DNA of 64,000 bases from Prorocentrum cordatum (lineage: Eukaryota): assembly GCA_963575745.1 (NCBI GenBank), contig CAUYUJ010000320.1, forward strand, positions 1 through 64,000. Direction: 5' to 3'. The notes beneath the pieces were generated by a model that was not told the DNA's origin, ran no database searches, and saw nothing but the letters and a program-made list of their open reading frames with translations. A program made the position numbers and the translations under genes. How positions within the stretch are numbered: position 1 is the first letter of the stretch; each line of letters starts with the position of its first letter. Shown in pieces: positions 1 to 13,170 of the stretch.

Positions 1-30
1 TCATCATCATCCTCATCCTCATCCTCATCC

Positions 31-66
<36 letters not shown>

Positions 67-136
67 ACATCATCATCATCATCATCAGTATCATCATCAT
101 CAACATCACCATCACCATCACCATCCTCATCCTCAG

Positions 137-174
<38 letters not shown>

Positions 175-841
175 CCATCACCATCATCATCATCATATGC
201 ATCATCGTCATCATCATCAGCATCGTCATCATCAGTATCATCATCATCACCATCACCAGCATCAACACCAACATCATCAGCATCATCATCATCATCAACA
301 TCATCATCATCATCATCAGCATCGTCATCATCATCAGCATCATCATCCGCAGTATCGTCCTCATCCTCAATATCCTCCTCCTCTTCATCATCATCACCAT
401 CGCCAGCATCATCACCATCCTGCCCCTCCTCCTGTTCCTCCTCCTGCTCCTCCTGGCCATCCTCCTCCCCCTGCTCCTCCTCCTCATTCTCCTCCTCCGC
501 CTCATCATCATCATCATCATCATCCTCATCATCATCATCAGCAGCAGCATCATCATCAGCATCATCAGCGTCATCATCATCATCATCATCAGCATCATCA
601 TCATCATGATCATCATCATCATCTTCATCATCATCATCATCCTCAGCATCATCATCATCAACATCATCATCAACATCATCATCCTCATCCGCCTCCTCCA
701 CCTCATCCTTATCCTCATCCTCATTTTCCTCACCATCCTCATCCTCATCCTCATCCCCACCCTCATCTTCATGGCCCTCCTCCCCCTCCCCATCAGCATG
801 TCCAGTATCATCACAATCATCGTCACCATCACCATCACCAG

Positions 842-907
<66 letters not shown>

Positions 908-2082
908 GATCATCATCATCATCATTAGCATGACCATCATCATCATCCTCATCATCAGAACGACCATCCTTACACTCCTCATCCTCATCATCATCAGCAT
1001 CACCACCACCATCGTTATCATCATCACCATCATCATCCTCATCACCATCAGTATCACCACCATCATCATCGTCATCAGCATCATCATCATCACCGCCAGC
1101 ACCATCAGCATCATCATCATCATCACCGTCATGGTCATCATCGTCATCGTCATGGTCTGGCATTGCCATTCTCATCGTCATCGACATCGTCATCATCATC
1201 ACCATCCGTATCCTGATCCTCATTCTCATCATCAACATCATCGTCATCGTCATCGACATCGTCATCCTCATCACCATCACCATCACCATCATCGCCATCA
1301 GCATCAACATCACCATCATCACCGACATCCGCATTATCATCCTAATTCTCACCCTCATCCTCATCGGCATCAGCATCAACATCGGAAAAACCATCATCCT
1401 CGTCATCACCATCATCACCATCACCATCACAAGCATCATCATAACAATCATCACCATCATCACCATAGTATTCATCAGCATCTTCATCATCAACCCCATC
1501 GTCATCGTCAGCATCACCATCACCATCGTCTCATCATCAGCGTCATGACCATCGTCATCGTAACGTCATCCGCATCGTCATGGTCAGCATCGTCATCGCC
1601 ATGGTCATTGTCATCGATATCGTCATCGTCATCAGCATCCTCACCCCCATCCTCATCCTCATCGTCATCGTCATCGTCAGCATCGCCATCGTCATCATCA
1701 TCCTCATCATCATCATCGTCGTCATCATCACGATCGTCATGGACAATGTCATCGTCATCGTCATCGCCATTGCTATCGTCATCGGCATCGTTGTCATCAT
1801 CATCAGCATCATCCGTGTCGTCATCCTCGTCATCATCGGCATCATCATCACTGTCGTCACCATCATCATGGTCATCAAAATCGTCACAATCAGTTTCATC
1901 GTCATTATCATGGTGATCATCATCGCCATCGTCAGCATCATCATCGTGGTCGTCATCGTTATCGTCATCATCATCCGAATGGTCATCGTCAACGACATCA
2001 TCGTCGTCATCACCGTCATCGTGTACACCATCGTCACTGTCATCATTACCATCATCAACATCATCAATATCATCATCCGCAC

Positions 2083-2118
<36 letters not shown>

Positions 2119-2207
2119 TATCATCATCGTCATCATCGTCGTGATTATAAGCATCATCATCGCCATCATCGTTATCACCACCGTCATCGTCAGCATCATC
2201 GTCACTG

Positions 2208-2241
<34 letters not shown>

Positions 2242-3026
2242 AACCATCATCATCAACACCATCATCATCGTGATCATCATCATCGTCATCGCCGTCATCG
2301 TCGTCATCGTCATCGTTATCAACATCCTCATCGTCATCGTCATCGTCATTGCCACTGACATGATCATCCTAACCGTCATCGTCATCATCATCGTTCTTAT
2401 CATCGTCATCGTCGTCATCATCATCAGTAAGATCATCGTCATCGCTTTCATCAGCATCACCATAATCAGCATCATATTCATCGTCAGTTCTGTTATCGTC
2501 ACCCAAAATTTCATCATCGTCATCGACATCGGCATCGACATCGTCTCAGTTGTCGTGGTCGTCGTCGTCATCACCGTCGTCGTCGTCATCATCATCCTCA
2601 TCATCATCATCGTCATCGTCATCGTCGTCGTCCTCATCATCGTCATCATCATCGTCATCATTATCATCATCGCCATCGTCATCATCGCCAGCGTCATCGT
2701 CATCACCATCGCCATCGCCGTCGTCAGCGTCTCTAGTGTCATCATCATCATCACCATCCTAATCACCATCGTCGTCATCGTCGTCGTCATCATCACCATT
2801 CCCGCGCTCATGCTCACAGTCATCGCTATCGACATCGTCATCGTCATCGCCCTCGTCATTGTCAGTGTCATCGTTAACGTCATCGCCCTGGTCCTCGTCC
2901 TCGTCTTCGTCCTCGTCATCGTCATCCTCGTCGTAATCGTCAGTGTCATCATCATCGTCATCATCACCGTCATTGTCATCAGTATCGTCACTGTCATCAT
3001 CATCATCATCACCATCATAATCATCG

Positions 3027-3058
<32 letters not shown>

Positions 3059-3270
3059 GTCATCGTGATCGTCCTCGTCATCGTCTCCATTATCAGCATC
3101 ACCATCATCGTCGTCACCGTCATCGTCATGTTATCAGCATCTGCATCATGATCGTCATCATCATCATCATCACTATTCACATTCTCGTCCTCATCGCCAT
3201 CGACATTGACATTGTCATCGTCCTCGTCACTGTCAACGTCATCGTCATCGTCCTCGTTTTCGTCATCGTC
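1..3270. repeat. Degenerate (CAT/CGT)n trinucleotide satellite
   Basis: Continuous catcatcat/catcgt runs; the poly-H/I/S/M ORFs here are artefacts. Confidence 0.95.
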
Positions 3271-3379
3271 CTCCGCCCACCGAAGGTCGGTCGGCCCTGG
3301 GGGGTGATAACACTAAAAGCCGCTCCCCAGGCAGCACCGTTTGGTGCGCTGGGCAGGACCGTCGCCCGCGCGCCGCTGG

Positions 3380-3732
3380 CCCTCCTCATCCTGCCCCTCC
3401 TCCTCGATCTGCTCCTCCCTCTCCTCCCTTTCCTCCTCCTCCTCCTCCTCCTCCTCCTCCTCCTCCGCCTGCTCCTTCTCCCTCTTATCACTACGTGATG
3501 GCGGAAATCCTGGAAATCCTCCCTCCCCCTCCTCCTCAGCCTCCTCCTCCTCCTCCTCCTCCTCCTTCTCGTCCTCTCCCTCCTCCTCCTCTACTCCTCC
3601 TCCTCCTCCACCTGCTCCTCCTCCCCTCCTCCTCCTCCTCTCTCCTCCTCCTCCACCTCCTCCGCCCTCCTCTCCTCCTCCTCCTCCTCCTCCTCCTCTC
3701 CTCCTCCTCCTCCTCCTCCTCCTCCTCCTCCC
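3380..3732. repeat. (CCT)n microsatellite
   Basis: Seen directly; similar CCT/GAG tracts recur throughout the window. Confidence 0.9.
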
Positions 3733-3879
3733 GCTCACACACACACAACCTGAAGACAAAGACAACTGGGTTCGGCGAGCGCTGCCTATCGAAAGCGCAG
3801 GAAGAGCAAGGCAAGCAAGGGGGGCAAAGGAGAGCAGTGACAGCGACGATGGCGAACGAAGGGGATGCTCTCTGAAGTC

Positions 3880-5206
3880 CGCCACCACCTCGCGACCCAA
3901 GTATGGATCCACGGGGACATAGAAAGGCTGTAGGGCAGCGGGAAGCACACGAGAGGCCCATTCGCCCCTCACTTCAGGATACTTGGCCCCGATCTCGCAA
4001 GCAAATTAGGCGGACAATCTTTAGCACGTGCCGTGGTCCATTGGCCATTGCCCTGAACCCCCTGGAGAATCAAGTGCTGATGATCCCCCGAACACTTTCC
4101 TCCACCAAGCTGTGAGTTCATTGTGGCCTCCAGGTCGGGAGCACGCACGCACAAGAACGAGGTTGGCTTTACTGCCTGAGATCCACTGCAACACTGATGC
4201 ATGTCCAGGGATCGGAGTCGACAGCTTTCAGGAAAAGCCAGATGGAAGGAGTCCGGAGACTATGAATTTCAGCAGATGTTCAGCAGCGTGGGTGCTGCTA
4301 TTAGTACGAACGCACAAACAAAAAGACTCGGCCGAGCAAGGCATTGCCAACGCGCACCGGGCCCCGCCTCCTGAAGCTGAGCCTCTTGGGGCCCCACGGT
4401 TCCAGAGGGGGATGGGGGGGGGGGGGCTTGACTCCACGGCAAGCTTGGGCCTGGCAGCAAACCACGTGGCGCATGGTGGCCCAGATACTGTTCCACATGT
4501 ATGGCCATGGTTGAATATCTCCCGACACCACGCAACGGCTTAGGAGAGGCCAGATCTCACCAAGTAGCGCCGCTACCTCAGTCTCGTGATTCACCATAAC
4601 CCTGAAACGTATGTTCCCGCCTTCCCGCGTTCTTGATCAAGGAAGTCCTGGAGGCCCCGAGATCTACGATGCCCCGAGAAGCCGTGCAACAATGCATTGA
4701 TGCTCCCCTTCCTGGGCAGAAGCGGGCCACCCGCGAACGGCGATGGCTTCTCGCCGGCAGCGCCTGGCTCTGGCACCTCCACGACGGTGGCAGCGGCAGG
4801 GGCAGCTTCCAGTGGCGGCGCAGCAGGTGGCGGCCCTGGGCCCCAGGCCTTGTGACTGCTGCCCCTGTGCGCCTCCGAGGTGCGCTTCGGCTGAGAGCCT
4901 AACCCACGCTCGCAGCAGACATGCATGGAGACCTGCTGCGGCTGGGGGCCGGTCGCCATTCCCGCCTCCAGCGTCGAGCTCGGCGCCCGAGGCAACGTCG
5001 GCGAGGAACCCCGTCGGGATTCCCTGGGGGCCTGCCGGTCCAGAGCGGCTTCGAGGCACCGCTGGGCCACCGTGTCGGCCTGCGCCAGGCACTGCCTGCT
5101 GCTGCGCCTAGAGCAGTCTGGCCATTCCTTGACGGATGCCTCTCGGGGCACCTGCCTCTCAAGTGAGAACTGCCCACCCAGCGTCGGCATCTAACAGAGA
5201 GACAAG

Positions 5207-5244
<38 letters not shown>

Positions 5245-5690
5245 CTGGTGCATGCTTGGCAAGTCGTGCAACGTAGCGTAGGCGCGCCACTACTTGAAAT
5301 CGAGAACTCCCAGTCTTCTGGCCAGGCACATTGCATGCAGGTTGGCGCGTTTACCTCTCCCCGCTGCCCAAGGGCGGTTCCAGGGCGGCCCTGTGAACTC
5401 CGAAATGAAGTCCCCTGAGCCTGAGCAATGTCCTTGGCGCGAGTCCGCTCGAGATGGCACAGTTGTCGAGAAGCCCGAGATCGAGTTGGCTTCAGCATAT
5501 CGAATCCTAAGCCCATCGCTTGGAATGCTGATCTCGCCTAGCACGTCCCACCTGGGTCTGATGTCCCCCGACACACTAGCGACTCTGCGAGCCACCTCGG
5601 CCGCCATGTCTCCCGCGTCATTGATGATGGCGCCCGAGGATTTTTCACGACCCTTCTCACGGCGATCGGGGCCCCACGCTCCCGGGAGCT
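3880..5690 (-). pseudogene. Decayed 3' part of a retroelement (probably a LINE) with a C5 cytosine-methyltransferase-like domain
   Basis: Ordered, frameshifted minus-strand motifs: LLHGFSGHRRSRGLQDFL (~4650-4695, motif-I-like), PPLEPWG..VRVGNALL, EHL, HQCCSGSQAVKPT, C..H..LQG..G.WTTARAKDCPPNL. These resemble DNMT domains of dinoflagellate retroelements. Confidence 0.55.
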
Positions 5691-5859
5691 GACAGAAAAC
5701 GCTCGCCCAGTCCCCAGACCTGGAGATGGACGGCTTTGAAACCTGACCCACCAGGGGCAAACGCCAACGCGTTCTCGTCGAGACTCGTCGCGGCCCTCGC
5801 CTTCGGCGAGACTCGTCGCCTGCGCGGCGACGGCTACCGCTCGGGCGGCGCTTCCGCTC

Positions 5860-6230
5860 GTCCCAACTCGTGCTCCCGCTGCAGCGCTGGCGTCATTATT
5901 TCCAGTGCCATGCCACGGCATGGTCTGCGGTCGTTCCAAATAGGCCCCAAAATCTAGAAAATGGCCTCCCCCAAAAAAACATCGGAAGTGATTCCACATT
6001 CGGTGTCGATTCGTGTCTCTTTTCGGCCCGCAGAAGCCCCCCCACTTGGGGGCGTCGCCACGCCATGCTATGTCATGCTACGCGTTGAAGTTCAACACCA
6101 TGCTATGCAATGTAATGCTATACCATGCTACGACATCAAATTGTGCGAATAGAGAGGAGATCTACGCCATGGTAACGGATGGGAGGGAGGGTAGGACGTC
6201 AGATCTGACGCGAGCGCACCTAATTTGGCC
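5860..6230 (+). repeat. Interspersed repeat; opposite-orientation copy at ~20218-20760
   Basis: acgccatggtaacggatgggag...gcgagcgcacctaa and gctcccgctgcagcgctggcgtcatt both appear reverse-complemented at 20220-20300 and 20560-20745. Confidence 0.7.
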
Positions 6231-6956
6231 CTTCCCCCTCCTCCTCCCTCTCCCTTCCTTCCCCTTACCCTGCTCCTCCTGTTCCTCCCCCACCCCCCCC
6301 GGTCCATCCCGATTCTTGGGCCTTGAAACTAAGTCCTCGCCATCACACCCCCTTACGTGCCAGCTGAACGGGCTGGGCATGTCGCCTAAGACTTCGCACC
6401 CAGTGATAATCTCGAAGCTTGGAATGTGCAGCAGATTCGCCGATGGAGGGCGGGCGGGTCCTGCTCAAACTGTCGCCTCAACGCCGCTCACGCTCGTGGT
6501 TGCAATTCTGCAACATCTTCAAGGATCGAGGGCGGGTGCTGTTTTATGTGTCCCCCGCCTGAGCGCCGCGCACATTCGTCTTAAACGCTTACAACAACTA
6601 CGTTGGTGAAGGGCGGTTCGTTTTCAGAACGCGGTTCTCGTCTCAGCGCCGCGCACATTTGTGCGAAACGGTTGTTACCAATTCCATCCCCATCCCCCTC
6701 CGTCGCCCTCCATCGCCTCCCACCCTTCCCCTTCCCTTTCTGCGTCCTCCATCCGATCTCCTCCTCTTCTTCCTCCTCCTCCTTCCTATTCATGCAGCCT
6801 CTTTCTCCTCCTGCCCACTTCCTCCTCCTCCTCCTCCGCTACCGCCTCCCTCCTCCTCCTCCTCCTCCTCCTCCTCCTCCTCCTCCTCCTCCTCCTCCTC
6901 CTCCTCCGCCTCCCTCCTCCCCCTCCTCCTCCTCCGCCGCCTCCTCCTCCTCCTCT

Positions 6957-6978
6957 TCCGTAGCCATTTTGGCTCAAG
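6957..6978 (+). other. Perfect dinoflagellate spliced leader (DinoSL) at the 5' end of the LINE
   Basis: TCCGTAGCCATTTTGGCTCAAG, 22/22 match to DCCGTAGCCATTTTGGCTCAAG. Confidence 0.97.
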
Positions 6979-7115
6979 ATGCTTTGTTCCACAGGGGAAC
7001 AAGTGGATACCGCTAGTCCGCGGCCAGTGCCAGGGCGCTTCTGCCCGACAGTTTTGTTCCCGTATCTCCTGGCCCTGTGGCTGGCCTCGTTGCTCTCCCG
7101 AGCAGGCGAGGGACC

Positions 7116-8231
7116 ATGGCGCCAGGGGGCCGCGGCGGTGGCGAGGCCAAGCCCGACTGGCACTGCCGTTTCTGCAAGTACGAGCGTGGGCCCAAGATCG
7201 GGATGCCATGCATCACGTTCGGCTCCAAGCAGCTCTGCCACTTCTGCGGCGGCGCCAAGGACCGCACCTTCCTGGGCCACGTCCGTGGGGAGGAGGGGCT
7301 GCGCCGTGGCCACAGTGGCACCACGGGTGCTGGTGGTGGCGCAGGGGCCGCTGGGCAGCACCTCGCCATGCAGAGGGAGCTCACCAGGCTGCGGGAGGAG
7401 CTCAAGACCCTGCGGGCGGAGGGCAAGAAAGGCCCCGTGGCGGAGGCGCCCAGCGGCGCTGACGCCGAGGAGGGCTCCGAGGGAGGTGATGAGCAGCGCA
7501 AAATCGAACATCTTGACGGCCAGCTACGTGCGCTGCGAGGCCTCTCCGACCCAGGGAAGGACATTCTCGACACGATCGAGCGGCTGGCGGCCCAGCGGCA
7601 GGCCTTGGCAGAGCAGGTGCGTGCCAAGAAGCCCGTTGTGGCGCAGCTGCTCACTCTCCAGAAGAAGCTCAAGTCCAAGCAGGACGCCATCAGCAGGCAG
7701 GACGCGGCGGTGGCCAAGGCGCAGGAGGCGGTCACCGCGGCGCAGGCTGCGCTGGAGGCCGAGCGCGAGAAGGGCACGAAGCTGCGCGCTGACGCTGCTG
7801 AGCTGGAGGAGCAGGTGCGGGCGCTCAGCGCCCAGGTGCCCAGGCCTCCCGACGCGAAGGAGTCCGTGGGGGACACAGGCGGGGCGCCGAACCTCGACGG
7901 CTTGGCCGACCTGCTCAAGGAGCTGGGGGCGTCGGGCGAGGTCACCGAGAAGTTCTTGGCCCACCCCAAGATCGCGGCGTCTTTCGGCCCTAGGGCTGCG
8001 ACGCGCGTTCGGCCTGCTGGCGATGGGGATCCTGGTGGCGCGGCGGCGCCGCCGCCTGACGCCAAGAGGCTGCGCACGGCGGCTGACAAGGCGCCCCTCG
8101 AGCAGCTGCGCGACAGCATCGCGGCCGCTGGAGTCCAGGCCCCCACCGGGCCAAGGCGCACCAGATCGCCGCCGCCGCCAGTGCGTGGGCCTACCGTGCC
8201 TACTCGGCGTCAGGGGCCGTGCTCAGTATGA
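7116..8231 (+). CDS. LINE ORF1: RanBP2-like Zn finger plus coiled coil
   Basis: WHCRFC-x-CHFC near the N-terminus, long A/E/K/Q helical segment; first ATG in this frame after the SL is at 7116. Confidence 0.8.
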   Translation: MAPGGRGGGEAKPDWHCRFCKYERGPKIGMPCITFGSKQLCHFCGGAKDRTFLGHVRGEEGLRRGHSGTTGAGGGAGAAGQHLAMQRELTRLREELKTLRAEGKKGPVAEAPSGADAEEGSEGGDEQRKIEHLDGQLRALRGLSDPGKDILDTIERLAAQRQALAEQVRAKKPVVAQLLTLQKKLKSKQDAISRQDAAVAKAQEAVTAAQAALEAEREKGTKLRADAAELEEQVRALSAQVPRPPDAKESVGDTGGAPNLDGLADLLKELGASGEVTEKFLAHPKIAASFGPRAATRVRPAGDGDPGGAAAPPPDAKRLRTAADKAPLEQLRDSIAAAGVQAPTGPRRTRSPPPPVRGPTVPTRRQGPCSV

Positions 8232-11200
8232 TGATGGGTGTTTCAGGTAATGAAAAGTGCGGTGGCAGTGCGGACACTGTCAAGGGTGTGTTGACCACGG
8301 TCAACGTTTCATGTGCGAGAGGGCTGACCGAGTACCTCGCAGAGGACCCGAAGGGAGACATCTTCGGCGTGCAGGAGCATCGCGTCTTGGGTGGCAAATT
8401 GTGCACCCTGCAGGGCCAGGTGAAGGACTTGGGCTTCCACGGCCTGTGGGCCCCAGGCGTGGCCACAGGCGGTGGCCCGCTGGGCGTCTCGAGCGGCGTC
8501 GCGCTCCTCACGCGCAACGTCATCCCCGTGACGGCGCCGCCCTTCACGCCCTCCCACGTCCTGGAGGAGGCGCGCGCGTTGGCGGGCCACGTGCACTGGG
8601 GTGTGGAGGGTGGCCTCATCGTCATAGTGGTCTACTTGAGGCACTCCGTCGGCATGGGCGACGACTACTCGGACACGGTCCACGAGCTGCAGCGCTACCT
8701 CAGGGTGCTCAACGCACGCGGGCTGGACTGGGTCGCCATGGGCGACTGGAACATGGAGCTGGAGGAGCTGAAGGGGCCATGGCTCGAACAGGTGCGTGGC
8801 GTCCCGATCGCCCCGTCGGGGCCGACCTGCTGGCAGACGGTGGAGGGCTCCTGCTTGGACTACCTCATCGCGGCGCCGAACCTGGACCCGAGGCTAGGCG
8901 AGGCTTGGGTCGCGACGGATGCGGCGCTGCACCCACGCGTCCCCGTGCACGTGAACCTGGCCACGGTCGACCGCGAGGCCTTTGTCAGGGTCGCCGTCGA
9001 GCCGCGGGGGTTCACCGCGGTGCCGCCGGCGGGCGCGGCGCCTTTCCCTCATGACCGAGGGTGGCGGGCGGCGCTGCAGCAGGTCCTCGCGGCGGAGGAG
9101 CCTGGCCCCCTGGCGCAGGCGTGGGGCGCTGTCGTCGGCGTGGCGGAGGCCGAGCTCTGCAGCCGCTGGTACTTCGTGGGGGCTGAGAGGCGGCAGCACA
9201 CTGGCAGGGCGGGCGAGCCTGTCTTCAAGCTGGCCCAGCCGACGTGGCAGCCGCCGCGACGGAGGAAGCTGTACGACCCGAAGGTCAGCGCCCACATGGT
9301 GGCGGCGCGGTGGGCTCGGCATCTGGATGCCGCCCGCACGCGCTTGGTCAAGTTGCTGGCGTGCGACCTGGACGACCGCATTGAGCTGGCCGTGGACCTC
9401 ATCCTCGAGACCCACCGCTACTACGGCAACGTGGCGAAGTCGCACCGCGTGCTCGGCCAGCTCTCTGAAGACGTCGCGCAGTGGCTCTTGGGCGGCGTGG
9501 CCCAGATGAGCAGCGGGATGCGGGCCGCCAAGGTCGAGAAGATCGTGGCGGAGGCCGAGCGGCTCACCAAGCGCTACAATGGCGAGCGTGAGAAGGAGTG
9601 GCGTGCGTGGGCTGCCAAGAGCCTCACAGGCGGGGCGAGTGCTGCACACCGCTTCACGAGGCTACCTCCTGAGGCTGAGGTCCGTGGGGCCACCGCGCGG
9701 GCCAGCCCGCGCCAGCTGGCTGACCGCGAGCTCGACGGATGGAGGGACGTGTGGACCGTCCATGGGCAGGGCGCCCTGGAGAAGCCTCCTGACTTTGACG
9801 ACTGGGCCGAACTCCCGCGGATCGTCGGTCACCTCTGACGTGCGGCGCTGTGTGTCAAAGAGCGCACGGCGGTGGGCCAGACGGGCATTGCCCCGCGGGC
9901 CCTCTGGCACCTCAGCGACATCGGCCTCTACGTGCTGTCGGCGCTCTTCAGCCAGTGCGAGAGGTTGGGGGTGTGGCCGACTGACAGAGTGTACACAGTG
10001 CTGGTGCGCCTGCCCAAGGCGAGCGGAGGATGCAGGCTGATTGCCCTTGTGAACTCCTTCCTCCGTCTGTGGGCGAAGGCGCGTTCGACGATTTCGCGTG
10101 CCTGGCTCGACCAGGCGGACGTGCCCAATCTCTGGGGCACTGGTGGAGCTGGCAGGACCTCGACGGCAGCAGCTTTCCACCACAACCTAACGGCTGAGAT
10201 CATGAACATCAATGGAGGGCACAGCGTCACTGCGCTCCTGGATGCGTGGAAGGCGTTCGACAGCTTGATTGGGGGCAGGCTGCTGGACGAGGCTCGGGCC
10301 ATGGGGTTTCCACTCCGCCTCATGTGGGCCATCCTCAGGTACCACCACCTGCCGAGGCGCATCAAGGCGTTCGACTCGATGTCGGAGAGCTTCACGGCGC
10401 ACCGGGGCATCCTGGCGGGCTGCTCCCACTCGATGGCGGTGCTGGTGGTGGCGACGGCGCGGGCCTTGCGGCGGCTGGCGACGTACGACGTGATCCCGCG
10501 CACGCTCGCCGACGACACCTCGGCCCAGTGGATCGGCACGGACCTGCGAGGCGTGCGCGTCCTGTGGCTGGCCGTCAAGCGCTTCAAGCACGAGGTCGGG
10601 GACGTTGGCCTCTTGCTGCAGGAGCTCAAGTCGGGCTGCGTGGCGACGTCCAGGCAGAGCCGCGATGCAGCGGCGCAGTTTGCCAGGCGGCTCAGGATGG
10701 GCTCGCAGCCGCACATGAGGAACCTGGGCCACGACCTGAATGGGACCAAGGCCTTCAAGAAGGTCGTCAAAACCAGACTCGAGAACGTGAGGCCGCGGCT
10801 GAGGCGTGCGGCGAGGCTGCGCCGAGCTGCGGGAGGGCGTGCGGCGCGCCTGTGGCAGACGGGCCTGCTGCCTGCTGCCGCCCACGGGGCGGCGGTGAGC
10901 GGCGCGGCCCCCTCCGAGCTGGCCGCGTTGCGCTCGGGGGCGGCCCGGCTCGCTGGGGCCAAGGGCCGCGGTGGCAGCAACGCGCTTTACCTGGCCAGCG
11001 AGCGGAACCCGTGGTACGACCCAGTCTACGCGGCGACCGTCGAGCCGCTCATGCACTACGCCGCGGTCGTGTGGCAGCAGGCTGTGTCCATGAGTGCTCT
11101 GGAGAAGGCCTGGCGCGTGACGCTGGGCAGAGTCGAGGCGGGCGAGGACAAGCTGACGTGGGCGTCGGCACGCGGGCCGCTCAAGGTGGTCGTCCCGTCG

Positions 11201-13170
11201 CTCAAGCGGATCGGCTGGGTGATGCTGTCGTCGGCGCTGATCCAGCCTGACGCGGGGCCAGTGATTTCGCTCCTGGCCACGTCGCCTCGCTTTTTTCGCG
11301 ATCTCCTGCGGCAGGGGATCCAGCGTTGGCAGATGCGCCAGATTGCCTCTCACCATGATGCGGCCACGCCTCTATGGCCGCGAGGCCTGCGGGCTTGCGT
11401 GGGCGGGGGGGGGGGGCGACGGTTACTGGGGCGGGGAGGGTCGGAGCTCTGCGCAGCCTGTGGTCTGGCTCCCTCTGGCCAAAAGCTAAGTTGTATAGCA
11501 AAGGAATGTGTGATGATCAGAAGTGTCGAGCGTGCCCGCATGAGGCCGAGACGCTTGGCCATTGTTTCGTCGAATGCCCAGCGCTGACACAGCGCTTGTT
11601 GGATGATGAGGAGGATTGTGGTCTCGATCCCAAGTTGGCCTCAACTCGCGACGCCATGTTGGAGCATGGGCCGATCGGAGTGGGCCGCCAGGATGTTGAT
11701 TCGTTTGCCCTCCCGGTCGGGACCCCTAGGTGGCCCAAGGTTGAAGTGCCGCCGCCTCCTGAGTCGCCTCCTTGCTTCTTTTGGGGAGATTGGGAGTCGG
11801 ATCCCGAACAGTGGAGTGATTGTGTTTTTACTGATGGCTCGGGATACCACAACGAGTATCCTGAGCTCCGTCGGTGTGGATGGTCTGCTGTCATGTTGAA
11901 TGCCAATGGAGTCCCCACTCGTGCGCTGCATGGCGGGCTCGCAGGCGCGCAGCAGACAGTAGGCCGTGCAGAGCGCGTTGCGGGCCTCAAGGCCCTTCAG
12001 CACATGCCCTCGGTCCAGTGTGTGATTTCTGACTTGCTGGAATTTGTGCATGAAGGCAAGCTGTGGGGCCAAGGCGAGAAGGAGGTCCTCACTGATGCTA
12101 GCCGAGCATACCCTGCAGTGTGGCGCCAGCTGGTGGCGCTGAAAAGAACGCCGCCTGCCTTTGCATGGGTCCCTTCCCACAGGACTGAGGATGAGGTTCT
12201 CTTCCCCGCTCCTGAGGACCCTCCGCCTCCTCCCTACCTCTTGGTCGTGGGGAATAGCTGGGCCGACTTTTTCGCTAAGCTGGGAGCCCTCTCGGTCAAG
12301 CTCCCAGAGGCCCACGCTAGATTCTATAAGGACTCGCTGTCAGAGGCTGCCCAGTATGCCAAGTATTTGTTTTGGGCGGTCCAGAGAAGCTGTCAGCTCG
12401 AGCTGTGGTCTGAGAAAGCTGTTCTGACGGCCGCCCCGAGCAGGACTCCCAAGGCTAACGGAGCTGGAGTGGTGCTGCTGATACATGAGCACGACCTCAT
12501 CGAGATTCGTAGGAGGCTCATGTGTCGTCGATGCCGTCGCACTGCGAAGACCGCCGAGGCTCGCAGGCAGTTGACTGGAGGCACTGATAGACGGTGTGTG
12601 CCTTCTACGATTTCCCGAATGCAGGCAAATCTGATCGAGGCTGCCGCCAGTGCCGCCGCGAGGCCGCCGACGGCCCGCTGGGGTTCTGTGGGGGGGCCGC
12701 CTGGTGGCCCTGTGGGTGCCCGTGGGGATGGGGCCTCGGCTGGGTCGGTTCCTGTTGCCGCTGGGCTTGGGTCGGCTGCGGCTGGGGGCTCGGCCGGGGT
12801 GCGCTGGGGGGGGCCTGTGCCTGCCCGCGAGGGCGGGGCTGGGGCGGCGTCTTTGGCCTCTGAGGAGGCCGTGCGTGAGGGGCCTGTGCCTGCCCGCGAG
12901 GGCGAGGCTGGGGCCCCTTTTGGGGGTGCCGCGGGCTCTGGGGAGCCCGCGGTGGCGGAGTGGTGTCACGCGCCTGGGGGACACGACGTCACCGCCACGG
13001 GTACTGTCGTCTGGTGTCGGCGGTGCGGGGCCTACGGGTCCGTCAGGGTGGGGAAGGCCTTCAGCTCCCCCTGTCCTGACCCCAAAGACTTGCCCAAGAG
13101 CAGGAGGTCAGTCCCCAGTGCTCTCCAGAGAGGCAAGCACCCCAAGACTGGGAAGTCCCTCACTGGGTGA
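8228..13170 (+). pseudogene. LINE ORF2 (AP endonuclease, reverse transcriptase, Zn knuckle, RNase H, C-terminal Cys motifs) with two lesions
   Basis: APE: TVNV, QEH, GDWN, LDY. RT: LPK..RLIAL, DAWKAFDS, GILAGC, LADD. CRAC..H...C knuckle. RNase H: FTDGSG, QTVGRAE, ISD, WVPSH, GNSWAD. In-frame TGA at 9836-9838; frameshift in the G12 run 11405-11416. Confidence 0.9.

Noticed and set aside
197..3180. Long poly-His/Ile/Met ORFs
   Set aside because: They are translations of the CAT microsatellite in stop-free frames
6957..6978. SL RNA gene
   Set aside because: The SL is followed by AT and the LINE 5' UTR, not by the GT donor/intron of an SL RNA gene
9928..11356. Antisense ORFs over the LINE, and + strand ORF 24064-25695 over NACHT
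   Set aside because: Shadow ORFs of GC-rich coding sequence
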